Assembly: GCA_045047305.1 (NCBI GenBank)
Contig: JASFYO010000029.1
Span: 48,543 to 112,542, forward strand
Origin: Planctomycetota bacterium
GTDB lineage: Bacteria; Planctomycetota; UBA1135
DNA length: 64,000 nt
Direction: 5' to 3'
The position numbers and the translations under genes were made by a program. The notes under the pieces were generated by a model, which did not search any database, had not been told where the DNA came from, and was given only the letters and a program-made list of their open reading frames with translations. Shown here in pieces: positions 9,866 through 22,781 of this stretch. Every line of letters begins with the position of its first letter. Position 1 is the stretch's first letter.

Positions 9866-9931
9866 CAATTCACGGCGTCCGCTTCGAAGGATTTCCAAGA
9901 GCAGTCCAAAAATCCCATGAAGACGCCCACC

Positions 9932-10915
9932 CTAGCGCAAGCCACAAGCCTGAAGTGCACGATCGCGAACTTCTTGGGCGCGTCTGCGAGCCTTCTTAGC
10001 ACCAGCCCGAAGAACCTCTTCGACTCTCTCTGGATGCGCGAGATATTCTTCACGCCGGGCACGCGCAGGAGCAAAGTAATCTTCCATCGCATCTTTCAGA
10101 CGCATTTTGAGGTGGCCATAACCAGGTGCACCTTCGCCACCAGCTTGTACTTTCTGCTGCCACCCGGTCATCTCCTCACCCGACAGGAACAATGCAAGCA
10201 GATCAAAAACGAATAGCTCCGAAGGATCTTTGGGGTCTTCGGGTGGGCGCGAATCGGTTACGATTTTGCCACATAACTTTTTGAGTTTTTTACCCTCCTC
10301 AAATATCCAAATATCGTTGCCATAACTCTTGGACATCTTTTGCCCATCAAGCCCTGGCACTTTCTGCATGGTCTCCGTCTTTTGCAGACGCATTTCTGGG
10401 CGCTGAAAAACATCGCCGTACGCGCCATTGAAGTAGCCCGCCATATCCTGCGTCATTTCAACGTGCTGCACTTGGTCCTTGCCAACCGGAACCAAGGTGG
10501 AATCGTAGGCAAGGATATCGGCGGCCATAAGAATGGGGTAAGTGAACAGGCCGACACTCGGCTTAATGTCGTTATTAACCTTATCTTTGTAGGAATGCGC
10601 ACGCTCGAGTAAACCCATGCCGGTGACCGTGGCTAATAACCAGGCAATCTCGGTGACTTCTGGAACATCGCTTTGACGAAACAGCACCGACTTTTCAGGG
10701 TCCAAACCACAAGCCAAATAGGTAACCGCCGTTTCCCAAACCAACTCGCGCATTTTTACTGGATCGCGCTGCGAAGTTAAGGCGTGGTAATCCGCAATAA
10801 AATAAAAGTGTTCACCCGCTTCTTCTTGCAAAGCAATGTGTTGATGGATTGCACCAAAGTAGTTGCCGATATGCAACAAACCACTTGGCTGAATCCCGCT
10901 AAGAATCGTAGTCAT
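9932..10915 (-). CDS. trpS: Tryptophanyl-tRNA synthetase
   Basis: SGIQPSG.LHIGNY, YPILMAADIL, VPVGKDQ, KMSKS. Confidence 0.96.
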   Translation of the reverse strand: MTTILSGIQPSGLLHIGNYFGAIHQHIALQEEAGEHFYFIADYHALTSQRDPVKMRELVWETAVTYLACGLDPEKSVLFRQSDVPEVTEIAWLLATVTGMGLLERAHSYKDKVNNDIKPSVGLFTYPILMAADILAYDSTLVPVGKDQVQHVEMTQDMAGYFNGAYGDVFQRPEMRLQKTETMQKVPGLDGQKMSKSYGNDIWIFEEGKKLKKLCGKIVTDSRPPEDPKDPSELFVFDLLALFLSGEEMTGWQQKVQAGGEGAPGYGHLKMRLKDAMEDYFAPARARREEYLAHPERVEEVLRAGAKKARRRAQEVRDRALQACGLR

Positions 10916-10924
10916 GAATCCAGC

Positions 10925-11335
10925 CTACTTCCAAATAAAGGTGATTGGTTTTTCGATTTCTGGGTGCAAGCTTTGATGCACCGGACACGTTGCTGCTGCT
11001 TTTTCCAATAAGGACTTATGTTTCTCCTCCACTCTGCAGTGCATGGTCACAACCACAGGCAAAGCGCCAATCCGACGCACTGGATCCGCCACCATGTGCT
11101 TCTCAACTTTGATGGTGCTGCCCTCCAAAGCGATTCCATGGCGCTCAGAAACGATGCCGAGAATGGTCAAGATGCAACCGCCTAAAGCCGTCGCAACCAA
11201 ATCAGTCGGCGAGAAGGACTCCCCCTTACCGCAGTTGTCCAGCGGCGCATCAGTCACAACCTGCACTCCACTCGGTCCATGAGTGGCCTGACAGCGCAAC
11301 TCACCTTGGTAAACAACATCGATTTCAACGGCCAT
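10925..11335 (-). CDS. OsmC family protein
   Basis: TDAP..N.GKGESFSPTDLVATALGGC and TCPVHQSL (two conserved Cys). Confidence 0.9.
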   Translation of the reverse strand: MAVEIDVVYQGELRCQATHGPSGVQVVTDAPLDNCGKGESFSPTDLVATALGGCILTILGIVSERHGIALEGSTIKVEKHMVADPVRRIGALPVVVTMHCRVEEKHKSLLEKAAATCPVHQSLHPEIEKPITFIWK

Positions 11336-11400
11336 GCCGCTATTTTAGGGCAGAGATGAGGCTAGGCAAAATACATGGCTCCCCCTGCTAGGATAGGTCC

Positions 11401-12462
11401 ATGTCATACCTAGCATTTCTGCTCCTCACGCTTACTCAAGGCCCATCCACGCACCCCCCGGGAAACTTGATTATCTTGGAGAAATCGGCCGCAACTGCGC
11501 GTTTGGTAGACGCAGCGCATGGCAAATCCATGGCCTCCATCAAAGTGGGTGACGGCCCGCACGAAGTTGCGATATCACCTGATTTCCACACTGCGGTGGT
11601 GGCTAATTATGGAGGCAAAAATCCCGGTAGAAGCCTCACCCTGATTCATCTCAATGAAATGGGGAAGCCTAAGACTCGCCATATCGATTTAGGGCAAGCG
11701 ATGCGACCTCACGGCCTGGCCTTTGGGCCGAGCAATCGTTTTCTCTGGGTTACCGCAGAGGTCACTGGAGAGCTGTGGCGTATCGACCTTAAAGACGGAA
11801 AAGTCATAAAAAAGATCGACGTCGGCAAAGGGTCCGGGCATATGGTCGCTGCAATGGATGACAAACATGTTTTCGTCAGTCATATTTCTGCCGGTTGCAT
11901 TACCCCAGTCACCCAACAAGAAGACGGCAGCTGGAAAGCCGGAGAACGCATTCCGACGGGTGCGGGCGCGGAAGGGATTTGGGTGCAGCCAGGAACCGAT
12001 TTGATCTGGGTGACCAATCGGGCAGCAGATAGCGTCAGCATTGTCGACGCTAGTGAAGGCAAAGAGATCGCAGAGCTACCCTGCGCAGGCTTCCCGATTC
12101 GGGTTATGTTCTCTGCCGATGGTTCCGTCGCTGCTGTGAGTTGTGCAGATGCCAATGTCATTGCCCTGTTCGACACCACCACGAAAGAACAAATCGCCCG
12201 AATTCCGATTGGTTTCAGCAGCAAGGATGATTCCGATACCCGCCTATTCAAAGATCAATTCGGCGAAAGTGCGGTTCCGATTGGCATGGTGTTCGGGGGC
12301 CATGGAAACCACCTTTATGTATCCTGCGCTGGCGCCGATCGCATTGCCGATATTGACATCCGCCTCCAGCGCGTAGTACAAGTCTTTAAAACAGGTAAGG
12401 AACCGGATGGCATTGGCTGGTATCCTGCCGCACCGCCCCAAACTACAGAGGTCGGGTACTAA
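11401..12462 (+). CDS. YVTN/YncE-type beta-propeller secreted protein
   Basis: Signal peptide; repeats GDGPHEVAISPD, PHGLAF, GAGAEGI...IWVTNR, GKEPDGI. Confidence 0.8.
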   Translation: MSYLAFLLLTLTQGPSTHPPGNLIILEKSAATARLVDAAHGKSMASIKVGDGPHEVAISPDFHTAVVANYGGKNPGRSLTLIHLNEMGKPKTRHIDLGQAMRPHGLAFGPSNRFLWVTAEVTGELWRIDLKDGKVIKKIDVGKGSGHMVAAMDDKHVFVSHISAGCITPVTQQEDGSWKAGERIPTGAGAEGIWVQPGTDLIWVTNRAADSVSIVDASEGKEIAELPCAGFPIRVMFSADGSVAAVSCADANVIALFDTTTKEQIARIPIGFSSKDDSDTRLFKDQFGESAVPIGMVFGGHGNHLYVSCAGADRIADIDIRLQRVVQVFKTGKEPDGIGWYPAAPPQTTEVGY

Positions 12463-12470
12463 ACGCATTC

Positions 12471-12839
12471 ATGATTATCACTAATACCGAAACGGTGCCC
12501 GGCAAACGTCTGCTCGAGCATTACGGCCTAGTTCAAGGCAGCACCATTCGTGCCAAAAATGTTGGCCGCGATTTCATGGCTGGTCTAAAAAACCTTGTCG
12601 GTGGAGAACTCAAAGGCTACACCGAACTACTACAAGAATCGCGTGATGAAGCCCTTTCGCGCATGGTTTCTCAAGCTGAAGAACATGGCGCCAATGCCGT
12701 GGTCAATGTGCGTTTCTCCACCTCTTCGGTGGCTGCAGGGGCAGCAGAAATCTTGTGCTACGGAACTGCAGTTAAACTCGCCGATGAGCGCACAGATATG
12801 GGGACGCCACCGCCCATCCCGCACCGCGAGGAGTATTAG
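12471..12839 (+). CDS. YbjQ/UPF0145 family protein
   Basis: GRDFMAGLKNLVGGELKGYTELL.ESR.EA...GANAVVNVRF...YGTAV. Confidence 0.92.
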   Translation: MIITNTETVPGKRLLEHYGLVQGSTIRAKNVGRDFMAGLKNLVGGELKGYTELLQESRDEALSRMVSQAEEHGANAVVNVRFSTSSVAAGAAEILCYGTAVKLADERTDMGTPPPIPHREEY

Positions 12840-12842
12840 AAC

Positions 12843-13318
12843 GTGCTGCAAATTTACTTTGCACTTGGATTTTTAGTGCTCGGACTCACAGTGGGCTCCG
12901 CATTGGAGCGATTGCATTACCGCGCCATACGCAAGCGTGAGTTCGGTTTTATTACCTTACCCGCCAGCTCTCTAAAGACCGTGCCAGACCCCGATCATGT
13001 AGTGCGTACCGAATTGGCACTTGGCTCGGTGGTGATTTCAGTGGACTACTTCAAGCGCTTTGCGGCCAACCTGAAGAAGCTGTTTGGCGGTGAGATTCAC
13101 TCTTATTCAAGCCTGCTCGATCGTGCGCGTCGCGAATCCATGCTACGGCTAAAGGAAAGTTGCGCGGATTGCGACATGCTCATCAACCTACGGGTTGAAA
13201 CCAGTACGATTTCGAGTGGCGGCAACTCCAACATCGGTTCTGTAGAGGTACTCACTTATGCCACCGCAGTCTGGTACAGCCCCCGCTCGCGGCACAGTGT
13301 TCCAGTCGATTTGGAAGT

Positions 13319-13322
<4 letters not shown>
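12843..13322 (+). CDS. Membrane-anchored YbjQ-family paralog
   Basis: N-terminal TM helix; GSVVISVDYFK...FGGEIHSYSSLLDRARRE...YATAV; GTG start. Confidence 0.8.
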
Positions 13323-15768
<2,446 letters not shown>

Positions 15769-15836
15769 CTACTATGCGCCTCTTTTGCCCTTGACTCAAG
15801 CGGAATCCTGCATCCACGCGAAGTTATGATTCCAGA

Positions 15837-16475
15837 ATGGGTACAGGTCAAAAGGTCGCAATTGGGTGTGGTGGATTTCTGCTTTTATTCCTCTTGGCTG
15901 GCTTCGGTGGCTGGCGCTGGCTGCAAAACAATTTGGGGATGACCAAGGACCCAGTGGAGATTGCCCAGCGCTTAGACGGTATCGGTGACTTCACCATTCC
16001 AGACATTTTTGAACCTAAATTCGGTATGTACACTGAAGCGCCACTCATAAATCCGATGTTGATGTACATCGCTCTGGGCGACCGCAATCAGCAAACCTCG
16101 CTGGTGATTTACCAAAGAGAGGGTTACCTCACCGAAGATGACTTACTGAAGGAAGTGCTCGATGGAGGTGCCGGCATGCAAATTCAAGTGGGAGTCGAAA
16201 ATCTCGGGGAAGAAGAACACTTCCCAGTCACTTTCCGCGGTCAAGAATACTCAGCCAAACTACAAGAGGGCATCGACGACAAACAGCAGGTAGAACGCAT
16301 CGTCTTGGTAGTGATGCCAGATGAGCACTACACCACTATGGTTGTCTTACACGGTGATCCCATCTTGATCCATCGCAACCTGCTGCAAACGATTCTGCAA
16401 TCGTCTGCAGCCGTGGATGACGAGACTTCTACTCCCCCGATGAGCGCGGGAAAAACGTCAGCGGAAGATCAGTAG
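15837..16475 (+). CDS. Hypothetical membrane-anchored protein
   Basis: 212-aa ORF with N-terminal IGCGG + TM helix; -10-like TATGAT 6 nt before the ATG. Confidence 0.65.
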   Translation: MGTGQKVAIGCGGFLLLFLLAGFGGWRWLQNNLGMTKDPVEIAQRLDGIGDFTIPDIFEPKFGMYTEAPLINPMLMYIALGDRNQQTSLVIYQREGYLTEDDLLKEVLDGGAGMQIQVGVENLGEEEHFPVTFRGQEYSAKLQEGIDDKQQVERIVLVVMPDEHYTTMVVLHGDPILIHRNLLQTILQSSAAVDDETSTPPMSAGKTSAEDQ

Positions 16476-18174
16476 ATTTACCATCGCGCAAAATGGTAAC
16501 CGTAATAGTCTGACCGTTCTTGAACTCAGCAAGGCTATCCATGAAGTCGTAGATGTCGCCAATGCTGATGTCACCGACCTGGATGATGATATCGCCTGCA
16601 AGCAGGCCAGCTTTCTCTGCTGGGGAACCTGCTGAGGTACCGTTGATCAACATACCGCGATCCACCATCGCACCGTAATCCGGCATTGAGCCAAACCATA
16701 CGCCATCCCCCAAGCCACGGCGTCCTTTGCCTGCATCCTTAGGCGCCTCTGGCTTGACATAAGCAAAACCGCTACGTGGTGCGTCTTGGAGTTGCTCTAG
16801 GAAATCAACAAGTCCTACAGCAAGATCCGCCATCCCACCAAAAGTCACTTTATCGGCATCGTCGCTTGGTTTATGGTAATCCGAGTGAATGCCGGAGAAG
16901 AAGAAGACCGCCGGAATGCCCATCTTATGGAAGCTCATGTGGTCGGAACCACCGCCTCCGGCCATTTCGCCTTGCATCACGTTGAGGTGCATCTTGACTC
17001 CGCTTGCATCCATGGCTGCTTGCGCATGCTCAAGAGCAGGCGCAAAAGCTGCAGCCGTCGCGGCACTGCCTACGGTGACAGTTCCATCTGCTAAGCGCCC
17101 GACCATGTCTAGATTTAGATTAGCAACAACGTTTTGCAACTCGACGGTCGGGTTTTCCACCCAGTAAGCGGAACCAAGCAGACCCATTTCTTCGCCGCTC
17201 CAGAAACAGAACAACATGCCCCGTGCTCCGGGCCCGTCTTCGGCCAACTTCACGCCCCAAGTTTCAGCCAGCTCTAAAGTCATAGCGGTCCCAGATGCAT
17301 TATCATCGGCACCATTGTGCACCTCGTGTACGCCTGGCGCTAAAGAACCTTCACCACCAAATCCAAGGTGGTCATAGTGAGCTCCAACCACAATCCATTG
17401 ATTACTGCTTCCAGGCGTAGCTGCGATCACGTTACGAGCGATCCGCGTTTCATGCAGGACCGAAGGGTAGAGTTCCACCTTATTGCTGCTTTGACAGCCC
17501 TTCTCCAACACAGCAAACGTTTCCGAGTTCACCGTAAGGACTGGAATAGGCATCGCACCTTGCACCGCGTTAAAGCTATCAAGCTCCTCGCCACCTAAGG
17601 TGATATCGTCTGGGTGGGTGCCTAGAATAATGCCGATGGCACCCGCCGCAGAAGCATTGCGGATTTTCTTACGCAGATTCCCGAGCGACTTCAACTGCTC
17701 ACTCGCATCCATGCCAAATTCAGTGTAGCGGCGCACCAAAACGACTTTTCCGGAAACGTCGACAGCGGCGTACTCATCTAAGTTGTGCGCTGGGAAAACA
17801 ACCCCATAACCAGCGACCACTAAACTGCCGGTGGCGGTTTCATTGGGCGAGGCGGCTACCGTACTGACATCTTCCATGCGCTTGCCATTAAACAGGAGCT
17901 TCGAATTACCCGGTGCTGCCGGCATTTTGACTTCGAACTCCTGGAACCAACTGCCGTCGGGCCCAGCCGGTTCAAGACCAGCCAAAAGCAAATGATCCTT
18001 CAGGTATTCCGCGCTGCGGTAAGCACCATCCGAACCTGTGCGTCGGCCTTCTTGTGCGTCGTCCGCTAGCCAGCGCACATGCGCCTCGAGTTCGGGGGCA
18101 GAAACTACGCGGCTTGGGCCTGCGCATGCGGCCAAAGAGCCGAGGGTGAGAATGAGGATGCTGGAGGTCTTCAT
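16429..18174 (-). CDS. M28 family aminopeptidase lipoprotein with PA and C-terminal PDZ domains
   Basis: Lipobox LAAC; GAHYDHLG, NGADDNASG, SGEEMGLLGS, NLDMVGR, SDH, DYHKPSD; GSPAEKAGLLAGDII. Confidence 0.92.
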   Translation of the reverse strand: MKTSSILILTLGSLAACAGPSRVVSAPELEAHVRWLADDAQEGRRTGSDGAYRSAEYLKDHLLLAGLEPAGPDGSWFQEFEVKMPAAPGNSKLLFNGKRMEDVSTVAASPNETATGSLVVAGYGVVFPAHNLDEYAAVDVSGKVVLVRRYTEFGMDASEQLKSLGNLRKKIRNASAAGAIGIILGTHPDDITLGGEELDSFNAVQGAMPIPVLTVNSETFAVLEKGCQSSNKVELYPSVLHETRIARNVIAATPGSSNQWIVVGAHYDHLGFGGEGSLAPGVHEVHNGADDNASGTAMTLELAETWGVKLAEDGPGARGMLFCFWSGEEMGLLGSAYWVENPTVELQNVVANLNLDMVGRLADGTVTVGSAATAAAFAPALEHAQAAMDASGVKMHLNVMQGEMAGGGGSDHMSFHKMGIPAVFFFSGIHSDYHKPSDDADKVTFGGMADLAVGLVDFLEQLQDAPRSGFAYVKPEAPKDAGKGRRGLGDGVWFGSMPDYGAMVDRGMLINGTSAGSPAEKAGLLAGDIIIQVGDISIGDIYDFMDSLAEFKNGQTITVTILRDGKSTDLPLTFFPRSSGE

Positions 18175-18241
18175 GATGCCAGCGCATCATTCTAGCGATG
18201 CTCAATGGAAAAAACGTGCAGACTTGCGGACACAAGTGGGG

Positions 18242-19690
18242 TCAGAATCCGAGTTCCTTCCAGCGCTCCGCAACCTTTTTCTTCACTTCTGGAGCCATGA
18301 CGATGGCATCGGGCCAATCCCGCGTAAAGCCTTCTTCCGGCCACTTACGGGTGGCATCGATGCCAACTTTAGACCCATAACATGCAGCGCGGCTTGCATG
18401 ATCCAGCACCTCCATGGGACCCATGGTGAATTCTAAATCGCGCTGCGGGTCGATGTGATTTAAAGTAGCCCACGCGACCTCGGAATCGTTGTGAATGTCG
18501 ACGTCTTCATCCACCACCACGATGACCTTGGTGAACATGGCTTGGCCGAGCCCCCAAATCGCGTTCATGATTTTGCGCGCGTGTCCTGGATATTGCTTTT
18601 TGATTTGCAAATACATCAAGTTATGCGCCACGCCTTCAAACGGCATGCGGTAATCGAGCACTTCCGGGAATTGCTTTTGCAGGACCGGAAGTAGCAATCG
18701 CTCGATACCTTCGGTCATCCAACAATCTTCTTGCGGGGGACGCCCGACCAAGGTCGTGTGATACACCGGATTCTTGCGATGGGTGATGCACTCGACATGG
18801 AAAATAGGGTACTTATCGGCAAGGCTATAGAAGCCGGTGTGATCGCCAAAGGGGCCTTCGACACGTAAGTCGGTTGGATCCACCCATCCCTCCAAAACGA
18901 TTTCCGCGGTGGCTGGGACCTCCAAGGGCACCGTTTTACATGCCACCAAGGGCACTCCTTTTTGCCGAATGAATCCTGCGATGAGTAGTTCATCGACATC
19001 GGGTGGCGCGGGAATCACACTTGCAAAACACGTGGCAGGATCCGCGCCAATAACTACGGCTACAGGAATGCGTTCACCACGCTCTTCGGCTTTTTTGAGA
19101 TGACGTCGCGCATCTTTGTGCAGATGAGAATGAAAGCCGGTTTCCTTTGGACCCATCACTTGCAAACGATAAGTGCCTAGATTGCGACGTCCGGTTTCTG
19201 GGTCCTGGGTTACGCATAAAGGAAAAGTGATGAAGGGGCCAGCATCGTCTGGCCAGGTGGTGAGGACTGGGAGTTTGCAGAGGTCGACATCGTCCCCGTG
19301 TAAAACCACTTCTTGACATGGCGCTTTCGAAACCTTCTTCGGCATCCACGAACCAATGCTCAACAACTTCGGCAACATGCGCAATTTATCACCGAGACTC
19401 TCCGGCGGCGCTTGCTCGAGCAAATCATGCAAACGTTTGGCATGCTCCTCAATGTCCTCCACGCCCAAGGAAAGCGCGCAACGTTTGCGTGAACCAAAGG
19501 CGTTAATCAGCACCGGCATGTCGCTGCCCTTCACATTTTCAAACAGCAAGGCTTTGTTCTCAGCGCCTTGCTCCTTGCTCACGCGGTCGGTGATCTCCGA
19601 AATTTCTAGATATGGATCCACCTCCACGGTGATGCGTTTCAACTCGCCAGCCGCGTCCAGCATTTGAATCCAGTCCTGCAGGTTCTCCAT
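18242..19690 (-). CDS. UbiD-family decarboxylase (menaquinone biosynthesis-type)
   Basis: EVDPYLEI, RNLGTYRLQ, EIVLEG, EGPFGDHTGFY, KVGIDAT. Confidence 0.9.
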   Translation of the reverse strand: MENLQDWIQMLDAAGELKRITVEVDPYLEISEITDRVSKEQGAENKALLFENVKGSDMPVLINAFGSRKRCALSLGVEDIEEHAKRLHDLLEQAPPESLGDKLRMLPKLLSIGSWMPKKVSKAPCQEVVLHGDDVDLCKLPVLTTWPDDAGPFITFPLCVTQDPETGRRNLGTYRLQVMGPKETGFHSHLHKDARRHLKKAEERGERIPVAVVIGADPATCFASVIPAPPDVDELLIAGFIRQKGVPLVACKTVPLEVPATAEIVLEGWVDPTDLRVEGPFGDHTGFYSLADKYPIFHVECITHRKNPVYHTTLVGRPPQEDCWMTEGIERLLLPVLQKQFPEVLDYRMPFEGVAHNLMYLQIKKQYPGHARKIMNAIWGLGQAMFTKVIVVVDEDVDIHNDSEVAWATLNHIDPQRDLEFTMGPMEVLDHASRAACYGSKVGIDATRKWPEEGFTRDWPDAIVMAPEVKKKVAERWKELGF

Positions 19691-19801
19691 GAGCGTAGTT
19701 TAGAGCTGCCAGAGCTCAAAATCCCGTCCAGAATCCAGGTGGTGGACGCATAAATAAGCGATACTTGGGAGGCTCTGGCCACTTTTTCAAACCCGCTCAT
19801 C

Positions 19802-22744
19802 ATGAATCCCAAAACCTACCTCCTTGGGCTGCTCGCGCTTGCCCCTATTTCCTGTCATATCCAACCGACTACTTCCTCTACGCCCGCACCATCTGGAGGT
19901 GTGGTCACGGTGCAAGGCAACGTCTTTACATCCAGCAGTCAAAGCAATGCAGCCCTGGCCACAGCTTCCGATGGACGCACTGCTTTAGTGTGGGAAAGTA
20001 AGCGCCAAGAACGTGGCAGCTTCGGTATTTATGCACGCCTGTTTGATAGCGCTGGGCAACCACTGAGCCAGGAACTCCATATCAACACTTTCCTGCCGCG
20101 TGCACAGTGGCATCCAGCAGCACAGTTCGCGGCCGACGACACCCTTTGGATTGCATGGGAATCGTATTCTCAGGATGGAAACGGTTCCGGCATTGTTGCG
20201 CGCGCCTTTGATATCGACGGCAATCCGCTGGGAGCAGAAATCCCCGTCAACCAATACCGTGATGGGGATCAAACCGAAGTAGTACTTGCGCGCGCAAGCC
20301 AGTCAGCAGTTTTGGCGGCATGGTCTTCGCGTGGAGAAGAAGCAGGAATGGATGGAAGCGGTATTCGCGTACGCTTGCTGCATCCGGACACACAAACTGA
20401 AGAAGTGCTAGTAAGCGCGCCGCAAAACGCAACCGACTTGCGCCCATCCGTGGCTGCAACTGCGGATGGATTTTTAGTCGTCTGGACACGCAATTTATTA
20501 CAAGATTCGCGTTCCATCATCATGGGACGTCTGCTTGATACAGCGGGCGCGCCAACCGCCCCGGAGTTTGCACTTGCGGACCAAGAAGGTGTAGACCAAA
20601 TCGAAGCGGTAGTCGCCTCCAATGCAAAAGGTCAACTTGCGCTGGCCTGGTTACGCAGTACCCAAGGTGGCTATGCCGTGCTTGCTCAAAGCCTAAACTC
20701 AAATGCGCAAACCATGCTCTCCCCCATGTTGCTTGCAACCCCACAAGATGGTTGGAAGTCGGGCGTGAGTCTTGCGGTTTCTCCCAATGGAGATATCGCG
20801 GTAGCCTACAACCACGATGGCGAGACCATCCTGCGCGATGATGAAAAGCCGAAGACACCACGTTCAGTTTTATGCCAACGTTTTAGCCGCGAAGGCGTGG
20901 CCATCGACCCCCATGCTTTTGCCCTCACCAAACAGGGAGCATTGGCGCTCCCCACTGCAGCCCCCCGCTTAGTCTGGAGTGCAGATGCACGCTTAATTTC
21001 ATCCTTTGATGGCCAGGGTTCCGCTGGAGATTCCTCAGCGGCAAACTTGGCAGTTTGGCTTCCAGCTGGATTCCAAGCACCTGTTGCCCGCGACCTTGGC
21101 CCCGCTACTGCAGCAGTAGCCACCACCGACGCGGACATGCGCGCCGCCAATCCACCGATTTGGGATCCGAATTTTGTCCCTCGCGGACGCCTGCTTGGAG
21201 TGCAAGCTGCTGGTGCTGACTTTGGTTTTGAAGGTGTTCCAGGAACTGGATGGATTCCACCCGACCCAGAGATGGCCGTCGGCCCCTTCGATATTTTAGT
21301 GATGACCAACGGCGAAATCACTTCGTTAAGCAAGACTGGCACGGTGCGTTGGACCGACTTGATTGAAGGCGCGGCTGGCCTTTGGGGATCTCTAGGCACC
21401 GGCGGATTTGTGTTTGACCCAGAATGTACTTGGGATCCACACTCCAATCGTTTCCTTGCGATGGCCAATGAGCGCACTAGCGGTCGCAGCTACTTCTTGT
21501 TTGCCATCTCCAAAGATGATTCTCCTAACGACCAAAACGATTGGTGGAAATATCGTTTCGATGTAACCGCTCTGGCTGGCGGCGACATTGATTCACCAAA
21601 TATGTCGGTGGGCCCTAACAGCATCCTACTCACTGCAGACTTCTTCAATCCCGACAAATACCTGATGTATCTCATCGACAAAGCATCAGTGCTGAACGGT
21701 GGTGTTGCAACCACGACTTCCGAACTCATCACCGGAACTGGACAACAGTCGATGGGTGTCCCTGTGGTTTACGATGCCAACAACACCATGTACATCGTAC
21801 AGTCGACGGAGTTCGGCTCCAATAACAGCGTAATCTTGCATGCGATTGAAAATCCCTTTACGGCTTACTCGCGTACGACCTTCACCCTGAATGTTCCGAC
21901 ATACACCTACCCGGCACAGCCACCGCAGAAAGGTTCCAGTTCACGCCCATTCTTGTTTGAACCACGTTTCTGGAGTGTTGTGGAACGTAATGATTCGATT
22001 TGGGCCGTGCATCATGTGAACAATCTGCGCGCGCGGGTTCACTGGTATGAAATTGCTCTGAATGGCTGGCCCAGCGGCGGAAACCCCTCTTTGGCGCAGG
22101 ACGGAGAAATCGATCTTGGCCCTGGCATTTCGAGCTTCTTCCCGAGCATTCACGTCGATGCCAATGACAATGTGGCGATTAGTTTTGCGCGTTCGGCAAC
22201 AAATGAATACATCTCCATGAACCGTGCGACTCGTGCGGCAAGCGATCCTGCCGGCACCATGCGCCCAGCCCAAGTCGTGCGCACTTCCGCTGCCGCCCAC
22301 ACCTCTGGGCGTTGGGGCGACTACAGTGCTACCCAGGCAGAACCAAATATTCCAGGCACCTTCTGGGGGCACCATGAATTCACCGACAATGGCACTTGGA
22401 GAACTTGGGTGGCGCGATATGTGATGCGTCCTGCACCCTTCCTGCTCTCGGTTCCGAGCCTTGTCGGCGGCAGCAACAATACGCTTTCAGTTTCGGGGGC
22501 AACGCCAAATGTTCCAGTGCGTTTTGCGTACAGTTTGCTTGGAACCGCCATCTTTGAAGTCCCAGGAAATGCTGCCATCTTGAGTTTAGACGCCCCAGCC
22601 TTAGCTGGAAGCACCAGCGCCAACGCCAGCGGCAATGCCAGCATTAACCGTTTCATACCAAGCAGCTTCGCCGGCACTACGGTTTGGCTGCAGGCGGTGG
22701 AGAATGACCACGCGTCGAACTGGATTCAGTTGACGGTGCAGTGA
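19802..22744 (+). CDS. Large secreted/lipoprotein with ~55-aa N-terminal repeats, a central PPDP domain and a compact C-terminal beta domain
   Basis: Signal with ISC; repeats GIYARLFDSAGQPLSQELHIN / GIVARAFDIDGNPLGAEIPVN / IMGRLLDTAGAPTAPEF; PPDPEMAVGP, FDP, RWGDYS. Confidence 0.7.
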   Translation: MNPKTYLLGLLALAPISCHIQPTTSSTPAPSGGVVTVQGNVFTSSSQSNAALATASDGRTALVWESKRQERGSFGIYARLFDSAGQPLSQELHINTFLPRAQWHPAAQFAADDTLWIAWESYSQDGNGSGIVARAFDIDGNPLGAEIPVNQYRDGDQTEVVLARASQSAVLAAWSSRGEEAGMDGSGIRVRLLHPDTQTEEVLVSAPQNATDLRPSVAATADGFLVVWTRNLLQDSRSIIMGRLLDTAGAPTAPEFALADQEGVDQIEAVVASNAKGQLALAWLRSTQGGYAVLAQSLNSNAQTMLSPMLLATPQDGWKSGVSLAVSPNGDIAVAYNHDGETILRDDEKPKTPRSVLCQRFSREGVAIDPHAFALTKQGALALPTAAPRLVWSADARLISSFDGQGSAGDSSAANLAVWLPAGFQAPVARDLGPATAAVATTDADMRAANPPIWDPNFVPRGRLLGVQAAGADFGFEGVPGTGWIPPDPEMAVGPFDILVMTNGEITSLSKTGTVRWTDLIEGAAGLWGSLGTGGFVFDPECTWDPHSNRFLAMANERTSGRSYFLFAISKDDSPNDQNDWWKYRFDVTALAGGDIDSPNMSVGPNSILLTADFFNPDKYLMYLIDKASVLNGGVATTTSELITGTGQQSMGVPVVYDANNTMYIVQSTEFGSNNSVILHAIENPFTAYSRTTFTLNVPTYTYPAQPPQKGSSSRPFLFEPRFWSVVERNDSIWAVHHVNNLRARVHWYEIALNGWPSGGNPSLAQDGEIDLGPGISSFFPSIHVDANDNVAISFARSATNEYISMNRATRAASDPAGTMRPAQVVRTSAAAHTSGRWGDYSATQAEPNIPGTFWGHHEFTDNGTWRTWVARYVMRPAPFLLSVPSLVGGSNNTLSVSGATPNVPVRFAYSLLGTAIFEVPGNAAILSLDAPALAGSTSANASGNASINRFIPSSFAGTTVWLQAVENDHASNWIQLTVQ

Positions 22745-22781
22745 ATCAGAAATTCACGATAACTGGTGATGGTTTAGCTGC

